A DNA stretch of 64,000 nt, from positions 15,190,001 to 15,254,000 of the forward strand of contig CM022677.1 in NCBI GenBank assembly GCA_012295275.1. Reading direction: 5' to 3'. Below the pieces are notes generated by a model, which saw nothing but the letters and a program-made list of their open reading frames with translations, had not been told where the DNA came from and searched no databases. The stretch comes from Chrysomallon squamiferum (Eukaryota; Animalia; Mollusca). Shown one piece after another: positions 27,720 to 43,232 of this stretch. Each line of letters opens with the position of its first letter. Within the stretch, counting starts at the first letter, position 1. The position numbers and the translations under genes are program-made.

Positions 27720-28648
27720 CAGTGGTTCTCAACCTTTTTTTTTGTCAATGGCACACCTTAGAACACATGAAAAAATAGCGGCACACCTGGCTAAATATAT
27801 ATGAAAAATATTTGAATTTTGTAAAGTCATAGACGGCATACAACCATAGACCCAGACTAGTCATAGACACCTAGAATGACTCAAACTAAATAAAGAAAAA
27901 CACAGCTATACTTCACTGCAGTGTTTCGAATTTCATCAGTCAAATAGCTGGCTTCTTTAGTGAGAAATTTGTGCCTGGCTTTTTTTCATAATTTCCTCAG
28001 TGTTTGGTCGAATATGAGACAGACACACCCTCATTTCTGCTTTCGTTGTAGTAATCTCTCGTGCTTCATGTTTTTGATGTTGCCTAATTCACATATATAA
28101 GGAGTTGAAAATTGTAATAAAATTGCTAAAACTCTTTTACATAATATGGGATACACCTCTTGTATTGAAATCCAAAATGAATCAATGGGCAGAGTCGAAT
28201 GTTTTAATTTTAAGGTCATTAGAAAGGGCGGCCAATTCTTCTTCTTCCTGTAACTCAAGTTCAATGTTGGAAGAATGATTTATGAAAGGATCTCTAATCC
28301 AATCATACTTTTCTGTCTTTAATGACGGAAATTTATTGTTGATGCTTTCGTCCAGGGCTGTCAGATGAGTAAACACAATAGGGATCACTTCTCTAATGCA
28401 GGTAGAACGCAATAAAGGGAACATATAAAGGTTGACAGTGATTGCTCTTTTTTTTTTTCCAAATCACTATTTTCTTTTTGAGGGCAACTAACTTGTCTGT
28501 TGAAGTGAGAATATTTTCGTTTTTACCTTGCATTCTACTGTTTGTTTTATTTTGGGATCACGTGGTTTTTCGCATTTTCTTAGTGTGCCGTTCAAAATTT
28601 TGCGGCACACATAGGAAGATCTCGTGGCACACTGGTTGAGAATCACTG
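27720..28648 (-). mobile_element. Non-autonomous hAT (Buster/Charlie-type) element with transposase C-terminal remnant
   Basis: TIRs cagtggttctcaacc and ggttgagaatcactg. Remnants MQGKNENIL, YDWIRDPF, IDSFWISIQEVYPILCKRVLAILLQFSTPYICELG and MRVCLSHIRP..QAQISH* match the hATC dimerisation region. Confidence 0.92.
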
Positions 28649-29756
28649 AATTAATGTTATACTAATCATGTTATAAGGCAGAATATTGATAAACATTATT
28701 TACACCTCAAAGTATTTGTGTAAACTGTTTAACAAATATAAATTGATTGACAAGATAAATATATGTAATTATTTAAAATCATATTACAAAAATCATTTTT
28801 AAAATCTCTAATAATGCTTGAAGGAGGCACTGGATTGGAAAATGGATGAAAAACAAATAAAAAAATAAATAAAGAAATGCATAGCTTAATTTATGTGTTT
28901 GTTGTGTATGTGTGTTTTTGTATGCAAATGTGTGCACCAACACACACCAATGTAAACACACATCATGGATTCATATATATTTTATTTATACTCGTCAATA
29001 TTCAGTCGATTTTCAGAAGCTTACCTCTATCAGACAGTGTGTAAGTGCATGCGTGCATGTGTATGTATGTGTATGCACGGATAGATAGATAGATCAGATA
29101 GATCCTGAAGTCACTATCAGTAATTGCAATATATGATCACTAGATAAGTTTCTATATTTTCAGTCAGTAAACAAAAACAATATTACTTTTTTTAAATATT
29201 TAATTACCAGTTTAATCTTAAAAGCCCCTAGTGCTTGTACAAACTTCAGCCTGTGTTTATCAGTAGCTCCATCCATATGCAGGACAGACAGTCGGTGTGT
29301 GGGTGACTAGGGCAGGGGGGTGGATAGGATAAAAACGGGTGAGCTTAGGGTCCCGGACAGAAAAGGTGAGTTGAACACATGCCCTCCCGCCCTACCCCGG
29401 AAGCACGGGCTGTCTGCCAGGGGAAAGTGTTCTCACCTATTTTTATCTATCCGCCCCCTGCCCTAGTCCCCGGCATTTTTCGAGATTCCATTTATCCCAT
29501 ATGGATAATTAGCGTACGTAAGCTTAGTGAGTACATCTCACGTAAGGCTAAAGTTGCGAGCACATATCACTAAAGGGAGATAACTCTAATCGATATAATT
29601 TTTACTTTATTTAGTGAGTACATGTCACGTAAGGGAGATAACTGTAATCGATACAATTTTCACTTTGCTTAGTGACTACATCTCACAAAAGGGACATAAC
29701 TCTAATCTATGTTTGTGAACACATATCACTAAAGGGAGATAAGTCTAATCGATATA

Positions 29757-31055
29757 ATTTTTAATTTGTTTACTGAGTACATCTCATGTAAGGGACCTAA
29801 CTCTAATCTATGTTTGTGAGCACATATCACTAAACTGTAATCAATATAGCCTTTACTTCGCCGAGTAAACTCCTCCCACCTCTGGTGACACATCATGGGG
29901 TATGACCCATGTTATATACATGGTGGCCCAGATGTAACCGAACCTGAATTGTTATGAAAAGTTACAGTTAAATGAAACAAATTTTATTTCATATAGTTAC
30001 AGCAAATGTTCAAAATGCAAACCATTATTTGTAATACAGTGATGACATCGTTCAATGGTTGATTCAGTTACTTTTTTGCACATTTCCGTGAAGCAGACTT
30101 GAAATCAGTGATCATCGATTGAGCTTTCGGGTTCGGTTACATCTGGGCCACCCTGTATAAAGAAAGTGATGTTTCCACAATATTTCGTAGATGAATCTGG
30201 AATCGGAAAGTACTGCTGATGTCTCCAAAAACGCTGAGATTCAATCCCACGATCTCACGCACATGAACATGCTTACAAGAAACATTTAGTTTCAACTTGG
30301 TTCTGTACCTTCACAAGCTGTGTGAGGGTGGGGTACTAGGGCAGGGGCAGGGGCCATGCGTTTTTATTTCTTAAACTATTTTTTTTTATTGTTCTGCTGT
30401 TACAATCTTCTATTATGTGAATAATGTTTTTATTAGAATTATTTTTTCTTAACTTCGCTGAATAATTAAATAGCATTTCTTTAGCACTTAACTAAATGAA
30501 TTAAATGAAACAGAAATCTAAATTAGAAACTACATCATTATTCTTTTTTATTTCATTTTTCAAGAAACTACAATCATTATTCTTTTTTTTTCATTTTTCA
30601 AGATAACTCTAATCGATATAATTTTTCGATATACTTTTTAATTTGTTTACTGAGTACATCTCATGTAAGGGACCTAACTCTAATCTATGTTTGTGAGCAC
30701 ATATCACTAAACTGTAATCAATATAGCCTTTACTTCGCCGAGTAAACTCCTCCCACCTCTGGTGACACATCACGGGGTATGACCCATGTTATATATAAAG
30801 AAAGTGATGTTTCCACAATATTTTGTAGATGAATCTGGAATCGGAAAGTACTGCTGATGTCTCCAAAAACGCCGAGATTTAATCCCACGATCTCACGCAC
30901 ATGAACATGAACAAGAAACATTATAGTTTCAACTTGATTTAGTACCTTCACAAGCTGTGTGAGGATGGGGTACAAGGGCAGGGGGGTAGGGGCCATACGT
31001 TTTTATTTCTTAAACTATTTTTTTTTTATTATTGTTCTGCTGTTACAATCTTCTA
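29757..31055 (+). repeat. Local tandem duplication (29757-30413 and 30635-31055)
   Basis: Near-identical text ttaatttgtttactgagtacatctcatgtaaggg...ttacaatcttcta in both copies. Confidence 0.9.
29919..30155. mobile_element. 237-bp Tc1/mariner-type MITE with TA target-site duplication
   Basis: TIR ca(g/t)ggtggcccagatgtaaccgaacc; TA on both sides; empty site in the tandem copy at about 30788-30800. Confidence 0.9.
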
Positions 31056-31192
31056 TATTGAATAAAAAATGTCTTAATAATAGTTACCAGCGAATATATT
31101 CACAAATAGAGTTATTTCCCTTTAATATGAAAACGAATACTTTCTTGGATGGCGTTATCTCCCCTTTCTTACATTATAAAAGGGTTTATCAG

Positions 31193-32016
31193 ATAACTCT
31201 ATATAGGAATATGTTCGTTTTAACCTGAATAATCAAGGAGAAAAATGTAACAAAGGGGAGATAACTCTATCCGAGAGGATATTCGTTTTCATGTTAAAGG
31301 GAGATAACTCTATATAGGAATATGTTCGTTTTAACCTGAATAATCAAGGAGAAAAATGTAACAAAGGGGACATAACTCTATCCGAGAGGTTATTCGTTTT
31401 CATGTTAAAGGGAGATAAATCTATATAGGAATATGTTCGTTTTAACCTGAATAATCAAGGAAAAAAATGTAACAAAGGGGAGATAAATCTATATAGGAAT
31501 ATATTCGTTTTAACCTGAATAATCAAGGAGAAAAATGTACCAAAGGGGGACATAACTCTATCCGAGAGGATATTCGGTTTCATGCTATGTAGGAATATGT
31601 TCGTTTTAACCTGAATAATCAAGGAGAAAAATGTAACAAAGGGGAGATAACTCTATATAGGAATATGTTCGTTTTAACCTGAATAATCAAGGAGAAAAAT
31701 GTAACAAAGGGGACATAACTCTATATAGGAATATGTTCGTTTTAACCTGAATAATCAAGGAGAAAAATGTAACAAAGGGGAGATAAATCTATATAGGAAT
31801 ATATTCGTTTTAACCTGAATAATCAAGGAGAAAAATGTATCAAAGGGGGACATAACTCTATCCGAGAGGATATTCGTTTTCATGTTAAAGGGAGATAACT
31901 CTATATAGGAATATGTTCGTTTTAACCTGAATAATCAAGGAGAAAAATGTAACAAAGGGGACATAACTCTATCCGAGAGGTTATTCGTTTTCATGTTAAA
32001 GGAGATAACTCTATAT
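31193..32016 (+). repeat. Minisatellite of mixed 68-bp and 43-bp units sharing aggg(g)a(g/c)ataactctat
   Basis: Units counted by eye; inverted copy at about 45180-45750. Confidence 0.92.
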
Positions 32017-33405
32017 GTCAATATATTCGCTTGTGATTAATGTTCAGGTATATTTTCAACCAATGGAATCCAATAATTTAATTGAATTTAATTAGTGGAC
32101 ACTGTTTAATCATTTGATAAGCATTTTAAATAATGAATGCTTTTTACATTAAAATTATAGATCAGATGGAAATATTTATAGGATATTCTTTTTTTGTTAT
32201 ATTAATATATCAATATCTAAAAGGTAAATAACATCTTTTTTATATTAATAATAATAATTCAATGTTGAAAATATCTAATTTGTTGAAATCTAAAATTTAC
32301 AAAAAGAAAATTTATATTTTGATATAACTCTGAACTTGAAATATGATAAGGATAGTGAGAACTTAAAAATACAAGAATTGTTTTCTACATTATACTTTTG
32401 TCCGATGGTAAAAGGAGAAACAAATGAATATTTGTTATATTAAATATAATAAACAATAAAATATTTCTTAATAATAGTTACCAGCGAATATATTCACAAA
32501 TAGAGTTATTTTCCTTTAATATGAAAACGAATACTTTCTCGGATGGAGTTATCTCCCCTTTCTTACATTAAAAAAGGGTTTATCAGAATTACTTGATATG
32601 AAATCGATTTGTGGAAATATGTGAATAGAAGATTCATCAAAGTTTGTGAAAATATTTAATGTAATAAAAAATGTATTATTGATTCATTATGCCACTATTT
32701 GTTATTTTTCGTTTAATATTATTATCAAAATTATCAAACAATTATTTAATAATTTAATATATATTCTTAAAATATAATTTCATATCATTTCTTTAGCACT
32801 TAACTAAATGAATTAAATGAAACAGAAATCTAAATTACAAAATACATCATTATTTTTTTTTATTTCCTTTTTCAAAATTTGTTTTGTTGTTGTTAATGTT
32901 GTTATCCATTATCATCGTTATATTCATTCCTATTATTAATGGACAACAGAGTTATTTCCCTTAGACTACTTTGTCTATGAAATTGACTAATTATTATTAT
33001 TATTATTAGTAGTAGTAGTAATAGTAGTATTAGTATTATCTCTGTGCATTCTTAGTTTATTTCATATATTTAAAATGTTTCTTTACTAAAAACTTAATAT
33101 TTATTCATTCATACTATTCAGAATAAAAATAAGAATTTAAATTTATTACGACATTCCATTTTGATACGTGAAAATTTGTATATATTATTTATTATGATTA
33201 GAGAAAGAGATTTGGGTTTCACTACGACTAAGATTGTACGTTTTCATGAAAATTTCATTTCACTGTAAAAATGTAGCATAAAAATTTCAATTACATATAA
33301 ATACTGTTTTTCTGCCATTTCATACTGACACATTTAAATTTCACAGATATAATGATTTCTAGAGCGCGGAATGTAACATCAATTCAGGTGTTTAAAAGTG
33401 TAATT

Positions 33406-33448
<43 letters not shown>

Positions 33449-33659
33449 CTTTCTTTCATTTTTTTTTTTTTTTTTTTTTTATTTTTGTTGTTGATTATTA
33501 TTAACACTGTTTTTTTTTTTTTTTTCTGTGGTACATAATTATTACTATTTTTATTATTGTTATTATTGCTAATATTGGTGTTATAGCTGTTGCTTTTGCT
33601 GTTGGTTAATTTTGCTTTAGGCAGAATTGATAAGTTTGTGTGGAGAGAAGAAAGCGAGT

Positions 33660-34385
<726 letters not shown>

Positions 34386-35053
34386 ACTAACCAGTAAGAA
34401 AATACTAATCATTAACCAAATACTAACATTTAACAAAATACTAACCATTACTAACATCCCCTACGTGTACTAAACCACACCATGGTGTATGTGTGGCAAC
34501 ATTTCCAAAGGGAATGGCTAATTAGTACATTAATATAATAACATTATTTTGGTTAGATAGATAGACAGATAGATAGATTATGATAGATAAATAGAAATAC
34601 CTACATACAGATATAGTTACTGAAGATAGATGAACAGATGGATACATAGGGTATTGCTACTTTTTCTAATTTCGAATACAGTGTCATTACTTTGAAAGCT
34701 CTTTCTATATACGGATAGACAGACAGGCCAACAGAGCATAGACAGAAGTGTATGTACTTAAGAATAAGTTATGACATATTAAATATCTCGCTCTGGCTTT
34801 CTTTCTCTCTCACTCTCCAAATTACTCATCCTTACTTACCTGCATGTTTCTATCTATCTATCTGTCTATCTATATATTTGTTTTATTTCATCATCAATTT
34901 CTCTGGCTATTTTTCTATCTATGTATCTGTCTGTTTGTTGATCAACCTGTGGTGTAGCTTAATCTTATTACCTGTCTAGCTAACCATTCATTCATCACTA
35001 TATCCATTTACCTATCTATCCTCTATCTGTCTGTCTGTTTATAACTATATCTA

Positions 35054-35088
<35 letters not shown>

Positions 35089-35378
35089 ATATATATATAT
35101 ATATATGGAAAAATAATTATTATTTCTATTACATTTTATTATTGTATCTACAGGAAAGACAAGATTCTGGAATCAGCTTCAGTTACAAGAATAGGGAGAA
35201 AAATTTAAACAGATGAGGTGTCTACTGATATGGAACAATTATTATTCACAAAAGATGGATTTTTCTTTCCAAAGCAGTTTCCTAACCTATCAATCTATTT
35301 TTCAAGCGATCAATACGTCTAACTATCTCTACATCAAGCTATCTTACCCTCTCAGTTACAAATAGCACAGTCTATTTT

Positions 35379-35452
<74 letters not shown>

Positions 35453-35668
35453 TTACGTATACACTCTCTCTATTTATATCATATTTAATTATTTAAATAC
35501 ATTCTTTTTATCTATTTATCTATCTATAAATATATTTATTTATCTATCTATTTATCCCATATACATAAGCAACAGACTCGGTCTTTCTTACAGGATGCAG
35601 TATATACTCATGCCTCCTTGCATCTATCTAGCTTTCTTCTGTCTATCAATTTACCTCTCTATCCACCC

Positions 35669-35707
<39 letters not shown>

Positions 35708-36746
35708 CTAATCATCTTTAAACACACAAATAAATTATCATTACTATACACATCATGTATGTGTGTGTATACATCTATATATATATATACATATATATAC
35801 ACATACCCATTTCTTAACACATGTCTATCTATATGTCTGTCAGTCTGTCTACAAATCAATCTACCAAACTAGTAACATACCTACATATCAGTTTATCTCT
35901 CTAGCTTATACATCTATTTTTCAATAACCATCTATCAATAATATGTCCAGCTCCCTGAATATCTAACTATATACTACTTCAAACCTCGCTATCTTGCTGA
36001 ATGTCTGTCTATGTAATCTATCTGTATTTATTTCTGTGTGTGTATTTATACAGAGATAAATAGTTACATCTTTCTGTATTTATATCTTTTATCTATCTAT
36101 ATAATCTATCTGTATTTATATCTTTTATCTATCTGTATAATCTATCTGTATTGTATTTGTCTATATAATCTATCTGTATTTCTGTATCTATCTGTATTTA
36201 TCTCTGTGTATCTATCTGTATTTATCTCTGTGTATCTGTCTGTATAATATATCTGTATTTATCTCTGTATATAATCTATTATTTATCTCTGTATATCTAT
36301 CTATATATCTATATGTATAATCTATCTATATTTATTTCTATATATCTATATATATATATATATATCTATATATAATCTATCTGTATTTATCTCTGGATAT
36401 CTACCTTTAAGTTATCAGTTCATCACTAACTCAAACACAGATCCAATCCTTTCTGTTTTCTGTCTGCCTCTGTGTGTATTTATCTATGTACATATACATG
36501 ATCATATCCACTTTACCATCATATATGCTTACACCTATCTATTTATCCATCCATCGAACTCTAAGGAAATGCCTCCCTATATATATTTCTCTATCCATCA
36601 ATAACAATCCATTGAATCAGCTATTCATCTTCCTGACTATCTCCCTAAATTATTATAACTACGTTTTATATCTATCTTTCTGTGTTACTGTCCATTTATA
36701 ACTCTCATTCACAATTCCCTTATTTAGCGATCCTTATCAATCACTG

Positions 36747-36806
<60 letters not shown>

Positions 36807-38033
36807 TTATCTATATGTATCTCTATATGTATATCTATGTACACAATTTCTCATTCTATCTACATAATCAACCTACCTAACAGTTTATATATCAATAACA
36901 TCTATCAGTCATTTAAACATCTTCTTGTCTACATACCTTCAAACCTCCCTATAGTTCTGTATGTTTGCACACATATATACTCAATATATTCACTCTTTAA
37001 AAAAAGACAAGCTTTACTTTTCCTTCTATATACTATTCTCTGCTCCAGCTTACATATATACACCTATATATATATATATATACCCGTATATATATATATA
37101 TATAGTCTTCCACATTACCATCATACCTGCCTACACCTATCTGTCTGTCTGCTACATAACTATCTACATGTATCTACATATCAACCTACTGAACTACTGA
37201 CCTACATACTATTTGTTTATCTATCCACATTATGACAGATCAATAACCATCCATCAATCATATATTTAATTCCCTGTCAAACTACCTACATACATAACAG
37301 TTATGCCTAGATAGCTACATTACAACCTGTGTATTTTACTGTATGTCTACACTCTCAGCCTGGCACACAAACACACATGACAGAAAGAAGAAAACACAGA
37401 ATAGATAGATAGACACTGACATGTTTAACTATCTGCCTAAATTCATCTACATCTATGAATTCATTTGTTAACTTCTACCGATCTAACTGTCTATCACTCT
37501 ATCAATAATATCTCCCTCTTTTCTTTCTGTGTATCTCTTTACCTGTTAACCTTTCTTCAGACAGTCAGTCTCATATCTCTGTCAATCATCTCTCCTTTCC
37601 TTTAAATCACTTATAGTTGCTCTAAACTTGCTAATATTGTTTATGAAAACAACATTAAGCTGGAACCTGCTTGTTGTCTATCTGTAAATATCATTGCTCC
37701 ACATATTTTCATTTCTTCTATAATTTGTAATGTAGAAACACACATAGCTTTTGCACTGTCATTAGTCATGACAGTGGAAGTTTTTTGTTCCCTTCCATAA
37801 CAACCAAGAATCATCCACTGTTAACTACTGGAGAATAATCAATCAACACTGATGTGTACTGTCAACATTTTCTCTGAAAACTGCTTTGGAAAGAAAAATC
37901 CATCTTTTGTGAATAATAATTGTTCCATATCAGTAGATACCTCATCTGTTTAAAATCTCCCCCTATTCTTGTAACTGAAGCTGATTCCAGAATCTTGTCT
38001 TTTCCTGTAGATACAATAATAAAATTTAATAGA

Positions 38034-38233
38034 NNNNNNNNNNNNNNNNNNNNNNNNNNNNNNNNNNNNNNNNNNNNNNNNNNNNNNNNNNNNNNNNNNN
38101 NNNNNNNNNNNNNNNNNNNNNNNNNNNNNNNNNNNNNNNNNNNNNNNNNNNNNNNNNNNNNNNNNNNNNNNNNNNNNNNNNNNNNNNNNNNNNNNNNNNN
38201 NNNNNNNNNNNNNNNNNNNNNNNNNNNNNNNNN
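38034..38233. other. Assembly gap, 200 N
   Basis: Run of N; the round length suggests an unsized scaffold join. Confidence 0.99.
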
Positions 38234-38266
38234 GCAAGCTAAAATTAAATATTTCTGGTTTTGCAG

Positions 38267-38361
38267 GTGATTTTGAGAAAAAAAACCTGAAGCTGACAAA
38301 TTCATCTGATACAGTTACTAGCCAGACAGAGGAAATCAATAAAACAGAGAACAGTTCTGAA
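38267..38361 (+). CDS. Exon candidate (DFEKKNLKLTNSSDTVTSQTEEINKTENSSE) of a paralogue of the left-edge gene
   Basis: Acceptor ggttttgcag, donor gaa|gtaagt, open. Only the last 8 bp plus the donor survive in the copy at 2991-3004. Confidence 0.45.
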
Positions 38362-41300
38362 GTAAGTGGTCTTGATATGTTTTATAGTAATACTTTATTT
38401 TTTCTTCTATATGTTTTAAAACAAGAGCCATAATAATAATTTTATGGGAAATATTAATTTCACACAGACTTAGTTAAAATGGTAGAATTATCTTTATTTT
38501 GTTGTCTGTAATGCATGCCTATAAAAATTATATTTTTTATTAAGGTTTTAACTCATTAATTGTAAGGTTTGCTCAGGTAAAGGATTTAGTCTTTTTTAAA
38601 GTTATTTTTTGCTGCTTCTTGAATGTTACCATTATATCCAGTCAGTATTAAAACATTGTTAAAGTATAATTTATAATAATTTTCCATGACTGAAATTTTT
38701 CTTCCCAAAGATTTTATTGTGCAAATTAATCAAATGCTCCTAGCCTGAAATAGGTAAAAAAAATAATCATTTAAATAATTTATGTTAAGATTTAGAATGA
38801 TAAACTTGGATCTCATTTTTTATTTATTGTTAATTTATTTTTATTTTATTAATTTTTCTTTCTATATTTGTTTATTTAGATAAATCTGGCTAAAAAAAGG
38901 GAAATGTACAAAATCCACAAAATTACCCAATCTTGAACAAATAGTAGGAAACAAGATAGTTGTTTAAATATATCTATCATACCACCAGCACAAACTTTGG
39001 ATCCAGCATTTCAGAGGATTTTCTTGACCAGCTTGGAAGACCTTTCATGTAATCAGATACAAGACAGATTGGTGGATTTTATACTTATGTGGTTTGCGGG
39101 GAAGGGATATTAATGTTTTTTTGTTTGCTTCTTTTTTTCTTTTTCAGCTCAAATAGCATTTTAAATAAATTATTTAAAAATATATAATAGCAATAACAAC
39201 AACCATCACCACAACAACAACAACAATAATAATAAACTAAAATAAAACAAAAACCTGTCAAAACCAGTACTTCATTTCTTGATTCTGTTTTATAAAAATT
39301 CCTCGATATTCCTGAAAAATGTACGTTCCAAATGCACAGCCATCAAGTTGGTGGTAATTATGTTATAAATTGCCATTGATCAGGAAGATGCAGATGTAAA
39401 TCCTTACAACTCTGTTTCCTACCAGTCAAAACTTTATATATGAGATGACACAGAGTTGATTAGTTTCAGTGTTACTGTTGCACTATCTGCATTATTTTGT
39501 TCAATTATTATTTTTTTTAATCAGTTGGATCACTTCCTCGTTCAGGATTCAAATCTGTTAACTTTAATAAACATAGATTTGTAGGTGATAAAAGTTCAGT
39601 TCAGATCAAGATAAACCTTCAGCATTTTAATCACTGCAGTTTTGTTTTGTGTTAGAATAATATACATAAACTAGCTGATGAACTGAATGATATTCACAGA
39701 TAATGTTTATTTTTTATGAATTTATTCAGCTGTCATTTACTGTTATACATTTTTCTTTTCTTAAATATTTCAAAAAGATCTGAAGGTGTAAAGGCCTTTT
39801 TTGTGGTTTGAATTAATTATATCATCACATTTTAAAATGTTAAATATTTGTAATTAATTGGAATTCTCTTTTGGGTTTAAAAGATTATTATTTTCGATAA
39901 ATGTATTGTTGTAGCCAGATTATTAACTTATATTTTTAATCAGACCTAAAATTAGGTGTATAGAATCAGTTCTAAGTGTTCCAAAAAAGTAAAGTAATCA
40001 AAATGACTGAATTCACATACCTAGTGCAGAATGATATTAACATTTTGTTATTAGAACTGAAAAGCTTTGGTATCTATTAGTAAACTAATAAATGACAGAA
40101 CTTATCAATTAGTTATTTAACTAAAATGCCTGTCATTTTTATAGGCTGGTGACAATGAATTCGTTTCAATTTACAGGTGGAAACTGTCAAGTCCATGTCA
40201 GATTTTGTATTTCTTTTAAAAACTTGGTCAACGACAGAATTTTTCAGATCTCACTCTCTCCCTTACAGTACAAGGCAGGTCAGTGCTGAAGATTCAGAGC
40301 AGAATTCACAATTTTATGAAATTCAGTTTCTAGAAATATTAGTGGTATTTGTATTATTATTATTATTATTACATTTTCATGTTATGTTTGTATTGCTTAA
40401 CTTTAAAATATTTTGATCTAATCAATGCATTCTTCTTGTTTAGTATTAGAAAATCTTTCATAAAGAAATATTTTCAAATATGTTTATGAATTTAGTTATA
40501 AAAGACAATATTTCTTTTTAAATTGACCAGAATGTAAAATTTGTAGTGATACTTTTTCATAGATATATATTTTTTGTTTAAATTATTTGTGATTTATTAT
40601 TAAAATCTATTACAATAAGAGACAGATGATGTTTATTTATAATAATTTCTTTCTAAAATTACAGTCAATTAAACACAATCGAAAAGTACTTATTATTCTA
40701 TTAAATTTTATTATTGTATCTACAGGAAAGACAAGATTCTGGAATCAGCTTCAGTTACAAGAATAGGGAGATTTTAAACAGATGAGGTATCTACTGATAT
40801 GGAACAATTATTATTCACAAAACATGGATTTTTCTTTCCAAAGCAGTTTTCAGAGAAAATGTTGACAGTACACATCAGTGTTGATTGATTATTCTCCAGT
40901 AGTTAACAGTGGATGATTCTTGGTTATTATGGAAGGGAACAAAAAACTTCCACTGTAATGACTAATGACACTGCAAAAGCTATGTGTGTTTCAACATTTT
41001 AAATAGAAGAAATGAAAATATATGGAGCAATGATATTTACAGATAGACAATAAGCAGGTTCCAGCTTAATGTTGTTTTCATAAACAATATTAGCAAGTTT
41101 AGAGCAACTATAAGTGATTTAAAGATATGGAGAGATGATTGATAGAGATATGAGACTGACTGTCTGATGAAAGGTTAACAGGTAAAGAGATACACAGAAA
41201 GGGAAAAGGGGAGATATTATTGATAGACTGATAGACAGTTAGATCAGTAGAAGTTAACAAGTAAATTGATAGATGGAGATGAATTTAGGCAGATAGTTAA

Positions 41301-42324
41301 ACATGTCAGTGTCTGTCTATCTATTCTGTGTTTTCTTCTTTCTGTCACGTATGTTTGTGTGCCAGGCTGAGAGTGTAGACATACAGTAAAATACATAGGT
41401 TGTAATGTAGCTATCTAGACATAGTTAGTTATGTATGTAGGTAGTTTGACAGGGAATTAGATATATAATCGATGGATGGTTATTGATCTGTTGTAATGTG
41501 GATAATAAACAAATAGGTATGTAGGTCAGTAGTTCAGTAGGTTGATATGTAGATATATGTAGAGAGTTATGTAGCAGACAGACAGATAGGTGTAGGCAGG
41601 TATGATGGTAATGTGGAAAACTGAATATATATATATATATATAGCTACAGGTGTAGGTATGTAAGCTGGAGCAGAGAATAGTATATAGAAGGAAAAGTCG
41701 CTTGTCTTTTTTGAAGAGTGAATATATTGAGTATATATGTGTGCAAACATACAGAACTATAGGGAGGTTTGAAGGTATGTAGACAAGAAGATGTTTAAAT
41801 GACTGATAGATGTTATTGATATATAAACTATTAGGTAGGTTGATTATGTAGATAGAATGAGAAATTGTGTACATAGATATACATATAGAGATACAAATAG
41901 ATAGGTGGACACAGAAAGTGTGTGTGTGTGTGTGTGTGCCAGTGATTGATAAGGATTGCTAAATAAGGGAATTGTGAATGAGAGTTATAAATGGACAGTA
42001 ACACAGAAAGATAGATATAAAATGTAGTTTATAACAATTTAGGGAGATAGTCAGGAAGATGAATAGGTGATTCATGGATGGTTATTGATGGATAGAGAAA
42101 TATATATATAGGGAGGCATTTCCTTAGTGTTTGATGGATGGATAAATAGATAGGTGCAAGCATATATGATGGTAAAGTTGATATGATCATGTATATGTAC
42201 ATAGATAAATACACACAGAGACAGACAGAAGACAGAGAGGATTGGATCTGTGTTTGGATCGAGTTAGATATCTAGATAAATACAGATAGATTATATATAG
42301 ATATATAGAAATAAATACAAATAG

Positions 42325-42360
<36 letters not shown>

Positions 42361-42413
42361 TAGATAGATTATATATAGATATAAAAATAAATACAGAAAA
42401 TACTATTTATCTC

Positions 42414-42455
<42 letters not shown>

Positions 42456-42814
42456 AATATAGATAGATTACACAGATAGATATACAGAGATAAATACAGA
42501 TAGATTATATAATAAATATAGATAGATTATATAGATAGATAAAGAGATAAATACAGAAAAATGTAACTATTTACCTCTGTATAAATACACACACAGAAAT
42601 AAATACAGATAGACAGACATTCAGCAAGATAGCGAGGTTTGAAGTAGTATATAGTTAGATATTCAGGGAGCTGGACATATTATTGATAGATGGTTATTGA
42701 AAAATAGATGTATAAGCTAGAGAGATAAACTGATATCTAGGTATGTTACTAGTTTGGTAGATTGATTTGTAGACAGACTGACAGACATATAGATAGACAT
42801 GTGTTAAGACTTGG

Positions 42815-42853
<39 letters not shown>

Positions 42854-43172
42854 TGTATACACACACATACATAACCTGTATAGTAATGATAATTTATTTG
42901 TGTGTTTAAAGATGATTAGTATATATGTGTGTGTGTGTGTGTGCATGTGTAAAAAAGGGTGGATAGAGAGGTAAATTGATAGACAGAAGAAAGCTAGATA
43001 GATGCAAGGAGGCATGAGTATATACTGCATTCTGTAGGAAAGACCGAGTCTCTTGCTTATGTATATGGGATAAATAGATAGATAAATAAATATATTTATA
43101 GATAGATAAATAGATAAAAAGAATGTATTTAAATAATTAAATATGATATAAACAGAGAGAGTGTATACATAA

Positions 43173-43232
<60 letters not shown>

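Noticed and set aside
31193-32016. CRISPR-like regular repeats
   Set aside because: No unique spacers, no cas genes, eukaryotic context; it is a minisatellite.
34700-37400. Paired Y/I/L/S-rich ORFs conserved between arms (36837 and 41425, and others)
   Set aside because: Low-complexity tatc-rich DNA; the similarity reflects the duplication, not coding constraint.
37862-38339. ORFs of 116-147 aa
   Set aside because: Open only because they cross the N gap.
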